Below, in pieces: positions 39,160 through 52,589 of a stretch of 64,000 nucleotides of DNA. Source of the stretch: Octopus sinensis (lineage: Eukaryota); contig NC_043009.1 of NCBI RefSeq assembly GCF_006345805.1, positions 66,030,001 to 66,094,000 of the forward strand, read 5' to 3'. Made by a program: the position numbers and the translations under genes. The notes beneath the pieces are model-generated. The model ran no database searches, was not told the origin of the DNA, and worked only from the letters and a program-made list of their open reading frames with translations. Within the stretch, counting starts at the first letter, position 1. Every line of letters begins with the position of its first letter.

Positions 39160-39720
39160 GACCTGCTAGAAACAACAGCCAAATCTCCCTCAAGGAACAC
39201 CGTGCTACCTTAATCCAATCTTACGCACACACTAACCCTGAAAAGTTTAATAATCAGTGGGATGGTCGCTGCTGGAATGGCTGATTATAGATCTGCTCAA
39301 TCAAAGCTTAGCTGGGGCTAAATAACTAATCAAAAACATCGGACCTGCTAGAAACAACAGCCAAATCACCCTCAGGGAACACCATGCTACCTTAATCCAA
39401 TTTTATGCACACACTAACCCTGAAATGTTAAAAAGTCAGTGGGATGGTCGCTGCTGGAATGGCTGATTATAGATCTGCTCAATCAAAGCTTAGCTGGGGC
39501 TAAATAACTAATCAAAAACATCGGACCTGCTAGAAACAACAGCCAAATCACCCTCAGGGAACACCATGCTACCTTAATCCAATCTTACGCACACACTAAC
39601 CCTGAAATGTTAAAAAGTCAGTGGGATGGTCGCTGCTGGAATGGCTGATTATAGATCTGCTCAATCAAAGCTTAGCTGGGGCTAAATAACCAATCAAAAA
39701 CATTGGACCTGCTAGAAATA
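39160..39720 (+). repeat. 182-bp tandem repeat x3 derived from the family C SINE tail
   Basis: gacctgctagaaa starts at 39160, 39342, 39524 and 39706. Confidence 0.9.
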
Positions 39721-40417
39721 GCAACAAGTCTACTTCAAATCGAAATCTACTACGTGAAATAGGGAGGGAAACATACATACTATATAATATAGTCGTAGAT
39801 ATATTATACCGTATACAAAGACGTGATGGTCACAAAAGGAACGTGTTTGCATGAGGGTTTATTGTCCAATTACGTCTGATCTATGGGGCTAAGCAATAAC
39901 AACACGCGTTTGATGGGGCCTTTTTTTCCTTCATTCTCCTTGTTGTAGACCAGACATCAGCTTTTCTAGACGAGGTAAAAAATTCCTATTAATTATTTAC
40001 AAAATAATGTCTAGTTGACTCATTCATTGATCTCTGGACAACACATTATTTGTGGCTTAAACACGGAATATTGGTGGGGCAGGTAGAATGTGAAACCACA
40101 CGGTGGAAGTCACCAACACCAAGAGTTTATTTGTTGCAGTTTAGTACAGGAATATTGATTTCTTTTCAGAAGAATTATTAGGCCACATTTCTTTCTATTC
40201 TGAATATGAAATGAGGTATTTACGGAACCAGCAACGTTAAAAAAAATAATAAAACTATATTAGCGAAATCGTTAACTGACTTCGTAAATTAATGGTATCC
40301 ATCGACGTAGAACTGGCACTGTTGAGAACAGGACTTGAAACAGTTATACCTTTTTGATGGTCACCAAAGGCATGGACTGGCCGAATCGTTAGATCCTCGG
40401 ACGAAATGACAACTGTA

Positions 40418-40655
40418 TAGGCTGTGGCGAGCTGGCAAGAAACGTTAGCATGCCGGGCGAAATGCTTTGCGGTATTTCGTCTGCTGCTACGTTCTGAGTT
40501 CAAATTCCGACGAGGCCGACTTTGCCTTTCATCCTTTCGGGGTCGATAAATAAAGTACCAGTTACGCACTGGAGCCGATGTAATCTACTTAATCCGTTCG
40601 TCTGTCTTTGTTTGTCCTCTCTGTGTTTAGCCCCTTGTGGGTAGTAAAGAAATAG
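40418..40655 (+). mobile_element. SINE family B monomer with TSD
   Basis: gtatag(g/c)ctgtggc flanks; intact head ggcgagctggcaagaaacgttagc. Confidence 0.85.
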
Positions 40656-43600
40656 GTATAGCCTGTGGCTTATTACATTCTAGTTTCACATCCTATGGAT
40701 TGATCCTTCCAAAATCGACAAAATACCAGCCAAGTACTGCGCCCTTTTAATCGACTGTCCCCTTCTTACAAATGTGAGATCTAAATTTTAGAATTCATTA
40801 TTTATAATTAGTAAGGCGGCGAAATGCCAGAATCACTAATGCCCCGGACAAAATGATAAGCGGCATTTCGTGTCTTTATGTTCCGAGTTCAAATTCTGCC
40901 GAGGCTGATTTTGCCTTTCATCTTTTTCGGGGTCGATAAAATAAGAACCATTTGAGTAATGGGGCGATATAATGGACTAGACCCCCTCCTCTAAAAAAGT
41001 ACTCTCCTAGAAATTATTGTAGTTGATAGACAAACACTGCAGACGATGGAAAAATCGTTCGAACGTCGGACAAGGATGCTTCTGGTTTTTATTCACTGGC
41101 ATTAGCTTTCTTTAGCTCAGATGTGACTTTGCTTTTTACCCTTCCGAGGTCGATAAAGTAAAGTGCCAGTCAAGAATTGTGGCCAATTGAATATTGATTT
41201 GTTTTACAAGAATATTCAATTGACCTCGGTATAAAATGAAAACTCCACAGTCCTAGAATCGAAACCAAATCCATAGGTGTTCCATTGCTGTTTCGCTCCA
41301 TCTCAACTGTAATAGATCTGTAATCAAAGTCATCCCATTTTTTGGCTTGCAGATAAGTCAGTTGCTAGTTTTAGACTCTATAGTCAACTGAGCCGCTAAA
41401 AATGGCAGTTGCATCGCCTTTAAATCACAAACTATATGACCGTCTTAGATAAGGAAAGGACGCGATAAATGAATTTAGTCCTACATAAACTGTAAATAGC
41501 AGGAGTAAGTTTCTCAAGGGTGAAATGCTTTTGATCATAGACCAGCTTGATCAAGGTTAACCTGGGACTGGCTAAACAAAAGCTACCACGTAGATATGAT
41601 CCCGTATTGACTGAGGGTCACGGTTATTATAAATCGGTATATTTGTTATTAACGAATAGTAAACATTTTAGGGTGTGGGACGGAAGGGGCTATAAAAAAA
41701 TAAAACAACAGGGACCTGATAGACTGGCGATAAGATATGAACGTCACATTCTGTAAAGTATAAGAACCAACGAGGAAGCCCTTCGCAGCAGTTCGACCGG
41801 CACACAACTGTACTGAAATAAGATGATCCCAGACGTATACCCTGAAAAAAAGGGCTTGATGGTCGCACCCCTTGAAGCTAAATAACGTCAGCGCCCTCTT
41901 TACAATTCCTATGCAGCAGGTGATCCCAAATATATTTTCCCAATCATTCTTTTAGTTTATTATGCTACTTGGTGTTCATTCACAAAAATCCTTTACGCTT
42001 ATCTAGACATTCTAAGACCCTGGAAGTAGCAGCTAGACGACGCTTAGCTGAGGAAGTCTAATAACGCTGAAACATGTGTGAAGTTGTCACCACATTGCTA
42101 AACAACAGTCTCATTCACCCACTGCATTCGATATCGTATTGATTTTAATAAGGATCTCGGAGTTGCTACTCTGCATTATTATTATTTTTTTTTTTTAGAA
42201 TTAGTCATCTAGATAATGATTCGTAATTTAACTGAAATTTTTTGCTTCACCACATTATGTTAGCTTCCACTTTTTTATGCAATAGGTGTCCCTGGGTAAT
42301 TTTTCCTCGGTTATTTTTTTTAGCTGACGCTGAGCTTACTTATTCATAACGCTTCACCCTGTGTGTGTCTGTGTGTACCAATAATCTTCCCCGCATCCTC
42401 TAAGTGTTTGTCTATATAAAATAATAATAATGAAATTATTGTGTACAGTGCTCAGGTGCACCACATAATCGCCAGGAACCGGTCACATGCAGCTTTTTTT
42501 CCGTATCTCTTGTTTGTCATTCGATTGCGACCATATAGGAGCACTGCTTTGTGGGGACGGGGTTAGCTGAACAAATGGACCCCAATACTTATTTTCTAAG
42601 TTTGGTACTAATTCTATCGGTCGCAATTGCCGAACAGCTAAGTTATAGGGACGTAAACAAACCAGCATCGGTTGTCAAGCAAAGGTGGGGCCAAACACAC
42701 ACATGTTACACGACAGACTTCTTTCACTTTCCGTCAACCAAATCCACTCAGAAGGCTTCGGTCGGCCTAAAACGAGGACTTGTGTTTCAGTTTCTAAATT
42801 TAGTGAAATAAAAGTTTGGAACGAATTAAATTCATTCCAAGAATTTGTTACAAACGAATTAAAAACCTCGGTTTTCGGTCACAAGTTGGTACAAGTTGTA
42901 ATTAAGATTTCTAGCACTGACTCGAGGCCAAAAATTCGCAGGAGAGCGGGTATAATTGACCGAATCTATCCTTCAAAACGGGTGGTGGTTTATTTCAAAG
43001 ACCCTGCTCGTGTTGCTGTTTAGCTCCGTATCTAAGAACATGATCGAGCAGACCCATGATAAAAAGCTTTCCAACCGTGACCGTCCAGTCACCGAAGTGT
43101 ATATAGGACTACGTTATCTAACGTGTTGTCCCTTCCCCCCTTTCACTCTCATTAAAGACAGGTAGGGCATGATTTGAAGGAAATTTGGCTGCCATTTCTA
43201 GGAGACCGTCTCGTTACCAACCCACAGTTATATTCAAACTAAGAACAACGGCTTTTAAATAATAAATGCAAACTATTCCTCTCTCTTCCATTCGTCCCTT
43301 CATTTTACTAACCCCCATTCGGTTTAGGTTAAGCACAGCTCAACAAATAGTGTCACTTCGACCCTTCCATTGTCTGACAAAGTGATGAATGCGAAATAAT
43401 ACAATGGGAAATTCAACTTTCTTCTTCGACTGACATCACACACCGTGTTCATTTGCTTCTTTACCTCGTCTTCAGAATTTGTTTTAGGGGGTTTTTTGTG
43501 TACCATATATTAAATATAGCTTAATTCTTTAAAAAATAATTTTAGTTAATTAGGTATTAACAGCGCTAAGCAAAGTATAAGCCAATTATTTGCATAAAAC

Positions 43601-45252
43601 GAGTGCAGCATAAAAGAAATGCATATTTTCAACATTTATTTGTTGAAAGAAAAAAAAAAAACATACTGTTTGCACCTCAATAAATCTGATATTGGACAAA
43701 AATACTGTGGCACCCCACACCTTGCAACCCACGCACCGATATTGGTTAATCCGGGTCTGTCTCTTCCATCTCTCTATTTATAATGTAGACACTTCCAACA
43801 GCTAAAAATAACTTATCAATCGGGGTGGCGTAGTCACCATTGCGTACACAGCAAAGAACACATTCTTTATACACACAAAAGTGCATTGGAAATCATTATA
43901 GACAAATACAAAAAGTGCATTAGACAGAAACACACACACATGTAGATAGATTTATAAGAGCGCGCGCACTTGCTTAGGAGACGAAAGAAAAGAGATACTG
44001 CAAAATCTCCAACCGCAGCAGTAACATTAGAAGACATTCATATAAAAACACGAGACAAATGTTTACAATTTACCTTCGTCTTGAAAAAAGTAAGAAACCT
44101 CGAAGCTAAGAAATCACGATTACTATTTAAATATATAGCAGTTTACAAACAAAAGACGAGGCGAAACCTCGCCGGACTACTTTATAATTCCCCTCCATAT
44201 ATTCATGTCTCCATAAACCACAGACACACACACACACTTCGTATGATATTATATTATATTTAAGTATGCATGTGTGAAAAGAAATGAATAGGCATAGAGA
44301 ATGGAGGACAAATACGTGTGTTTTAAGGAGGATAGGTGAGTGAATGCACACAGAGTGAGAAAGACAGACAGAGAAGGAAGAATAAATTCGTTAATATTTT
44401 GCGTTCGCAGAAGAATGATAAAGCGTTATTCCTTAATCGAATTTCAGAGATGAAAACTGCAATCTTTGTTCATATGTAAAATGTTTTTTAAAAAATACTT
44501 TGTATCTATCTATATATATATTATATATATATGTATATATATGTCTGTGTGCGTGTGTGCACCTCACACACTCAGGTTTGCAATCCATATGTAAGAGGCG
44601 ATTCCAGCAGTAGAAATGGATGTAGTCGATAGAAAAAGACAGGCAATATTGTAAATAACAACAACATATATACCAAAACGAAAATGAACAAAATTGTGCA
44701 AAAAGAATACAAGAGAAAAGGAAGACTTGTGTCTGCAGCGTAACTTAGTAAATACGAAAATGCACAAAAAAAAACCAGCTAACGGTTTAATTGAACAAAA
44801 ACGGAGTATTTAGCTTTTACTTACTGCTTTGAGAAAATAACCAACCAACAGGCTAAGATACTTATCAAAATATATACATATATAGATATATATATATATA
44901 CTTGTTAAGGCAACCTTTAAATGTATTGTAAACGAGAGGCAAAAGTGCGTGTTCAAAATATTGCGCTTCGTCACATGGATTTAATGCACACACACCTCAC
45001 ATAAACGTATATATCTCCGTCAGATATCTCCAGCAACGCATACCGAAGCTAAACGATCTCATATCATAAATTATTATATTATATAATGTTATATAATGTA
45101 TAAATTTACAGTTTGAATTAGACACAATAAAATGAATGTAAAAAAAGCGGGCTTTTCCAGACCCCCCCTCCGCCTTCTCTCTCTCTCTCTACATACATAT
45201 ATATATACATATATATGTATTCATATATATAGCTTGCTGCACCCGGTTTCAC

Positions 45253-45293
45253 CTTCTCGTTGCGACCGTTTCATTTTCGTTTACGTCGGTCAT
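45253..45293 (-). CDS. Candidate first coding exon (MTDVNENETVATR, phase 2)
   Basis: ATG...AGAAG|gtgaaa in CpG-rich unique DNA; no downstream exon established. Confidence 0.15.
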
Positions 45294-46295
45294 GTCATCA
45301 ACATACCCTTGAGAAAGGCACGAGCATTCATTCGGTTTTGTTCCACATCAGAGGACTTAGGATTTTATATTCGGGCCCCATGTAAGTTGTTGTTAAGCCC
45401 CAGGTAAACCTACAGCTAGCAGTTCTCTCAATAAAGACATGCCATCTGTGACCATCCCGTCATTTGACTTGTGGTTTACGTATGAACGTGCTCGTATGTT
45501 ATTTTATAGTTTTCACAAAGAAGATCTAGTAATTCTGTCGGTCTGGCTGACAGCGGGCTGTTGGGGTAAATTGGTTGGCGGGCATGTGTTGAAGCTCATA
45601 ATATGGCTGGGTTTTGGCTGTTATTTCTAGAAAGTCGAGCTGTTACGTACAGCAGACATAGGCAACCTTTATCGACAAGCGGGAAGCACTAATAGAAAAT
45701 ATATGATAAATTTAAGGTAATTTTTTTTTTATTTCGCGTGCCATTTACAAAGTGCCGCAGGCCCACTATGCGGCCTTGGACATCAGAGCGGAAACGAAAT
45801 TTCCTTAGGGTGTGTAAATCCCTAGTCTAACCCAAGATGTTCGTTTTCATTGTCCACACCCACCCTAACAATAACTTTTAGCGGGTGCACTTGCATTCCC
45901 TGTTCCCGAGACTACGGTCTCGGGTTCAGTCCCACAGCATGACACTGCAGGCAAGTGGGGGTCTCCTGTTATTATTGCACCGAGCCGACCGTAGTTTTGC
46001 GAGTGGATTTGGTAGAAGGAAACTGCACGGAAGCCTATCGTGTACGTGTCTTGACAGCCGGTGCTGGTTTGTTTGCGTTCCCGTAACTTAACGATTTGGT
46101 ATAAAACAACGATAGACTTGAAAAAAAAAAAAGCGCCGGTCTTGAAATAAAAGTATTGATTCTTTCAACTAAAACCTTTCAAAGCTTTTCCAATGACTAA
46201 AACAGGTAAAAAAGAATATTTCGAAACCCTTCAAATAATGTAGGTAACGATTATATCGGAATTTAACGTAAGCGAAAAAAAAAATGATGGGCGTG

Positions 46296-46329
<34 letters not shown>

Positions 46330-46517
46330 TGCATCGAATAATTCTTTTCAAAATTTCGACTTTCCCTTCTTAGATAGAAAACTACAATCGTGTAAGCAAT
46401 CCAAGCTATCGGCAGAATGAACTTTATGTTACTTGTGGTGATTATTCTCGCCGAACAGCATTTGCAGTCGTCGTTATTCGAATATTTGAAATATAGCGTC
46501 GTTAGTTACGTCTGCAG

Positions 46518-46574
46518 TAGGTCAATTACTGGTTCACTACATTCGTGATGGAGGTCACGACAAGGAGGTAATGG
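46518..46574 (+). CDS. Candidate early exon of a plus-strand gene (GQLLVHYIRDGGHDKEVM, or ATG G only)
   Basis: ATGG|gtaagc donor at the right edge of the CpG-rich block. Confidence 0.2.
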
Positions 46575-46714
46575 GTAAGCTCGAGTAGGACGAATATTGT
46601 ACAAGTTACTTTTAAACCAAAACACCGGTTTATTGATTTCACACATCCACTCAAACGTGTGTGTAGACATACACGAGGGCAGCGGAGTGTATTGTGTGTG
46701 TGTGTGTGTGTATA

Positions 46715-46880
46715 GGTACTATTTAAGAAGAGTGGTCCCGGTGTGCGCACTCGCATAGTTGCGCATCCGCGCTAGCTAGTCGTGACTAGTCGATCCTTAT
46801 TTTGTGTTTTCGTGTTTAGCTAGCGCGGATGCGCGACTACGCGAGTGCGCGCACCGGGACCACTCTTCTTAAATAGTACC
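46715..46880. mobile_element. MITE with 64-bp CpG-rich terminal inverted repeats
   Basis: Arms 46715-46778 and 46817-46880, 3 mismatches, TA-rich flanks. Confidence 0.9.
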
Positions 46881-46914
<34 letters not shown>

Positions 46915-48039
46915 ATTAATATTAAATTTTACCAAATATATTAAAATTTCATCTTGGGTGCATAATAGCGTTATCAAATTGTACCGGTAATTTTTCTTTT
47001 TATCGATCTTCTCGAAAAGATATAATTGAAATTAACCTCGGCAGAATTCGAACTCAGAATGTAAATGGTTACTAATAACTTTGGACCCACATTCTAACGG
47101 TTTTGCCAACCCATCGCCTTATAAAGGTATCTACCACAGTGCGTGCCCTTGCACAATTCCGTTCGCTAAATTCCACACACATCGAAAGGTATTCGTCCGT
47201 CAGCCGAGATGGTTACCGAATTCTTCATAGGATGTTCCAAAGTCAACTTGAATTAACAATTCTTTATGGTAGTTGATCTCTCTCTCTCTCTCTTCCTCTT
47301 TCTCTCTCTTCCTCTCTCTCTCTCTCTCTTCCTCTCTCTCTCTCTCTCTCTATTTGCCTGTCTGACTGTCTACCTATCCTTTCTTTCGTTCTTTCACCCT
47401 AACTTCCTTTCTGTCGTTCTTCCTTTCTTCCTTCTGTATTGTACCTATTATGCAAAGGATCGGCCTTGTGAACCTTTTCTATTCTACTCTCGGTACAGGG
47501 CCCGAAAGTTTGGGGGGAGGGGGGCAGTCGATTAGATCGACCCTAGTACGCAAATTTATCGACCCCGAAAGGATGAAAGGCAAAATCGACCTCGGAGAAA
47601 TTTGAACTCAACGTAATGACAGACAAACCTTGTCGACCCGACCTTTGCGTCATGTTGGTTGGACTAACTGGGTGTGTGTGTATAAGGGTGCGATCCTGCA
47701 AACTGGCCCTGCTGCCATCAATAGGCTGTAGCTTGCATAATAGAACAGGTGCTTTTAAGGGCATATTCAAAACGTTTCCCATAAATGAACTTAAAGGATA
47801 TTTGTATGTTTATGTATTTGGTGATTAGATAAGTGTTAATGCATGAAAATCTCAGTCCTTGAGTCACTCTGTTACTTCTGCTAAATATTAATATATGTCC
47901 CAGTATTGATGTTATACATCGCCAGTCACAATGCACTTCTCACAGTTTCAGCTTTTGAAAGATGCCACCCTGCCTGGCTAGACGAGCAGTCCAACATTCC
48001 CCCGACCGGGTGGTCATTCTGTCACAGGGTTCTCTCCGT

Positions 48040-48250
48040 TTACTACTGAGTGGACAGGAGCAGTGTGAAATGGAGTGTTTTGCTCAAGAATACTATGTGA
48101 TGTCCAGTCCAGGAATTGAACCAGCGATCTAGTAATTGTGAGTGCAACACATTAATCGCTAGGTCATGGGTTCAATTCCTGTAGCAGGCAGTGACTTGTA
48201 TCCTTGATCAAAACACTCCATCTATGTTGCTCCAGTTCACTCAGCCCCTT
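48040..48250. mobile_element. Head-to-head pair of tRNA-SINE fragments
   Basis: gagtggacaggagc...tggagtgttttgctcaag...aggaattgaacc versus ggttcaattcct...ttgatcaaaacactcca...gctccagttcactc. Confidence 0.65.
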
Positions 48251-48471
48251 ATTGCAGATGGACATATGCCTGCGTGTCCACGTGCGTATATACCTATGCT
48301 GACGCTATCAGCATGCTGTGAGTGCATGCGTGCATGCATGGTTACGCAAATATGTAAGCATATTTACTGTGAAGGTGTAATCAACCAACTTTAACTATGA
48401 CTGCCGTATCCCGTCTCCTTGGCGGTGAGCTGGCAGACACGTCAGCGCGCCAGGCGAAATGCTTAGCGGTA

Positions 48472-49081
48472 TCAACATCTAATCAATGTCATGGTGTTCG
48501 GAGTGATCACTAGTGGTGCGCCATTATGTCTCCATTCATCTTCCCACACGACCTCAGACTCAACATGGAGGCCTACATCAAGTGCTTGGAGGAGGTAGTG
48601 CTACCCTGGGTCAAGAGGGTGGCTGCTGGAAGACCCTATATCTGGCAACAGGATGCTGGACCATGCCATACAAGCAGGAGAACCCAGTCATGGCTGTCAG
48701 ACAGTTTCTGCAACCACATCACCTCTAACATCTGACCACACAACTCTCCAGACTGCAACCCCTTTGATTATTATGTGTGGGGCACAGTTGAGTGAGAAAC
48801 CAATAAAAATCCTTGTAATACCAAAGATGAACTGGAGGCAAGTATAATGGCAGCATTCACCAACTTAAACAAGGAGACCATTCAGAAGAATTGCAGGAGA
48901 TTCTGAAGTCATCTGGAGGCTGTGGTTGAAGTGAATGGCAATTTTATTGGATAAATTTACTCTTTAGTATTTCAAGATATTATTATGTAATTTTGGTATA
49001 AATATATCTGTTGAAATGAGATATCAGTGTTATTTTCATTTTTGCGTAATTTAGATGACAATTTATTCATCACACCCTGTA
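48472..49081 (+). mobile_element. Second maT (DD37D) transposon fragment
   Basis: QQD-AGPCHTSRRTQSWLSDSFCNHITSNI*PHNSPDCNPF-DYYVWG: 37 residues between the two Asp; ends caccctg+TA. Confidence 0.9.
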
Positions 49082-49189
49082 TATAAGGTATGTATGTATG
49101 AAGGCATGTGGCTAGGGGTTATGTGGCTTGGTATGTAAGAAGATCATTAGTAAAAACTTCATGTATTGTAGTACCCAGTGCAAGCTTTG

Positions 49190-50190
49190 GACACAACCGG
49201 TGCAGCAGTATCAAAGGAAAGTTAGCGGAGAAGATAGTCTTTGTGTGTGCTGAATGTGCAAGAACAATAATCACTAAAAATATGCAGACAACAGGCTCCC
49301 TCAAATGCTCAGGTAGAAGTATTAGAATTTTTCTGTTACCTAGGAGGCCGAATTAGCAGGGGTGGAGGTACTGGAAGTGTAGTTGCTAAGATAAGAATGG
49401 GCTGGGCAAAGTTCAGAGAGCTTCTACTTTTGTTTGTAACTAAGGGCCATTTGCTCAGAGTGAAAGGCAGAGTATTTTTTTGTACCTGTGTATGTACAGC
49501 TATGATACATGGCAATGAAACGTGGGCTTTGATGACAGAGGACTTGTGAAGGCTTGAAAGAAATGAAGCTAGCATGCTCTGTTGGATGGGTAATGTCAGT
49601 GTGCATTCACGGCAGAGTGTAAATGATTTTAAGAGGAAAACTGGGTACAAGAGGCATCAGATGTTGTGTGCAAGAGAGAAGACTGCACTGGTATGGTCAT
49701 GAGATGTGTATGGATGAGGACAGCTTCATAAACAAGTGCCAATGCTCTAATTGCAGAGGAAACCTGTGGAAGGAGTAGACCCAGGAAAACATTGAACGAA
49801 GTAGTGAGAAAGGATCCTTGGGTACTGAGCCTCACTGAGGAAATAACAAGGGACCAGGAGATGTGGAAATTTGCTGTACTTGATAAGACATAAGTTAAGT
49901 AAAATTGCTGCTTTCCACACGTACAGGCTTCTCCTTTCAGGGACTGGTGCCACTTCAAAAGCATGCTTGCTGGTGCTGCGTTAACACACCCATGTCAGTG
50001 CTGCATAAATTCACCCATGCCAGTGGCACATGGGGAGCACGCAGCACATTCTGTTAAGTGGTTGATGTTAGGAAGGGCATCTAGCCATAGAAACCATGCC
50101 TCAACAGATGGAGTTTGCACAGATCCACAGCTGACCAGCTCCATGTCAAACCATCCAATCCATGCCAGCATGGACAGTGGACATTAAATC
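49190..50190 (+). mobile_element. RTE LINE, RT C-terminus plus 3' UTR, decayed
   Basis: FCYLG.RIS.GGG...VVA.IRMGWAKFRELL...HGNETWA....RLERNEASML..M; ends in the shared 3' UTR. Confidence 0.85.
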
Positions 50191-50510
50191 ATCATCATCG
50201 TCGTCGTCGTCGTTTAGCATCTGCTTTCCATGCTGGCATGGGTCGGATGGTTTGAATGAGGACTGGCTAGCCAGAAAGCTGCACCAGGCTGCAGATGATT
50301 TGGCAAGGTTTCTACAGCTGGGGGCCCTTCCTAATGCCAACCACTCCGAGAGTGTAGTGGGTGCTTTTTACATACCTTTCGCACAGGGGCCAGTCAGGCA
50401 GTACTGGCATCGACCACACCTGAACGATGCTTTTTACGTGCCACCAACACAGAAGCTGGTCAGGTGGCACAGGCAATGACCATGCTTTTTACATGCTACT
50501 GGCACAGGAG
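50190..50510 (-). mobile_element. RTE LINE 3' UTR, tail-to-tail with the previous copy
   Basis: catcatcatcgtcgtcg...ccatgctggcatgggtcggatggtttga. Confidence 0.8.
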
Positions 50511-50645
50511 CCAGGAAATAGTAATAATAATAATAACAATAATAATAATAATTATTATAAGGAGAAGAAGAAGAAAAAAGAAGAGTGATATGTTTATCTG
50601 TTTAGCTGAACATGCTTAGGCCACTTAAAATGAACTGATTGTCAG

Positions 50646-50696
50646 TATGTTTTATTAAGAACAATGAGTTTGACAAAATGCTTTTTGTTTCAACAG
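50646..50696 (+). CDS. Candidate 51-nt exon ((V)CFIKNNEFDKMLFVST)
   Basis: ctgattgtcag|...ACAG|gtgaat, phase 1-1; weak acceptor. Confidence 0.18.
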
Positions 50697-50893
50697 GTGA
50701 ATATACACACACACACATATATATAATATATACATACATATATATATATATATATATACATATACAAATTATATATATATATACATATACAAATTTATAT
50801 ATATATATACATTAATTTAGAGATAGTATACCCCTACTTCTCACCAAATAAAAAGAATTTTTATTTTTATTTTAAATACCTACTGTATATATG

Positions 50894-50924
<31 letters not shown>

Positions 50925-51014
50925 CACATACATATATGTATATATGCATATGTATATACATGTGTGTTTATATGTATATATTTGCAAATGTCTATGTAAA
51001 TATATATATACGAA

Positions 51015-51060
<46 letters not shown>

Positions 51061-52004
51061 TCAGAATTACAATAGGAATATTTAAAACTGGAATAACAGA
51101 ATATATTAAAATGGAAATGTTTCATGATTTTAATAAGATATGCCTCTGAGGAAATATGTTCCCTGTATTCAGAATTTTTCGTTCTATATATCAGTGGTGG
51201 CAGTGGTGGTGGAGGTAGGGTGGTGGAAGTAGTGGTGGTGATGGTAGTGGTGGTGGTGGTGGTATTGGCAGCAGTGATGCGGGTGGTGGTTTTATTCTCT
51301 TTTGCTGGGTTATGTGCTTGACTACATATAGCGGCTTAATCTTGTGAATATATTGATTTCAAACAATATCAAAGGAATCCAAAAAAAAAAAAAGGAAAAA
51401 AGAAAGGTAAAATAAACCAAGTACAAAACAACATAGAGTACATCTTTATAAACTTCCTTTGAACGGCAATTTCAGTTTGTTTTTTTGGGGTTTTTTTGTG
51501 TGTATGTATTTTGTTTCTTTAAATGTGTTCTGAATTTGATCTAAAATGATGTTACAGTTATTTAGGAATATTAATCTTAGCAGAAGTGTTTGATTGGTGA
51601 CAGAAAGTATTCCGAGTCCTGTTTGCTTGACGGGGCTATTAGGATTTATTTCTGCAGATGTTACTAAGCTCCTTCGATGACAAGACACGATAATCTATTT
51701 CTATTTCTTTACTACCCACAAGGGGCTAAACACAGAGGGGACAAACAAGGACAGACAAACGGATTAAGTCGATTACATCGAGCCCAGTGCATAACTGGTA
51801 CTTAATTTATCGATCCCAAAAGGATGAAAGGCAAAGTCGACCTCGGATAATCTGTTATGAATCAAAGGTATCTAACCTCCAAGCTGAAAACTGGTACCAG
51901 GGGATCGTTTGGTACCAGGACACATAGAAAGAATAAATTTTAAAATTATATTTCTATTTCATTGACCATCATGGTCTGCAGGATGTCTTTGCATTATATA
52001 TATG

Positions 52005-52082
<78 letters not shown>

Positions 52083-52309
52083 CACCATATTTTAACGACT
52101 ATAAGGAACCCACTAATTCTGTGGGCTTAAAATTTGGAAAAAAAGGTTTTGTAAGGGATTATAATACTATCCATGTATAAGAAACTCCCGTATTTTTTTA
52201 ACCTAATTTTTGATGAAAAAGGGTTCTACAGTTCTGTATTTAAGGCATCATGTACATTACTTACATTATTTACATTTGACGGATATTTGTCCTCATCTTG
52301 TTTGTTGTT

Positions 52310-52355
52310 GACACAACGTTTCGGCTGATATACCCTCCAGTCTTCATCAGGTGTC
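52310..52355 (-). ncRNA. Minimal type I hammerhead ribozyme motif (no stem III)
   Basis: GACAC-CUGAUGA-A-GACUG-GAGGGUAUAU-CAGCC-GAAAC-GUU^GUGUC: perfect 5-bp stem I, complete core, palindromic AACGUU. Confidence 0.7.
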
Positions 52356-52589
52356 TTGGGGAAATTTCGAACCTGGGTTCTCATTCCTAAGGTATTTTTC
52401 GATGTTGTTATTGTTATTATTATTATTCAGGTCACTGCCTGGAATCGAACTCGAAATCTTGGGGTTAGTAGCCTGCACTCTTAACCACTACACCATAATA
52501 ATAATAATAATCATAATAATAATAATAATAATAATAATAATATTGAAAAATACCTTAGGAATGAGAACTCAGGTTCAAACTTTCTCCAA

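Noticed and set aside
39160-39720. Tandem arrays (63, 74, 182 bp) as CRISPR
   Set aside because: No unique spacers, no cas genes, eukaryotic context
45654-45790. ATGATAAATTTAAG|gtaatt as a first exon and taggcaac as an X-box half site
   Set aside because: Lies in a stretch starting cagacataggcaacc that resembles a hAT-type terminal repeat
52428-52496. Real tRNA gene (also the heads at 14715, 15636 and 19245)
   Set aside because: A/B boxes present, but no convincing cloverleaf or acceptor stem and no oligo-T terminator; each is fused to a repeat body
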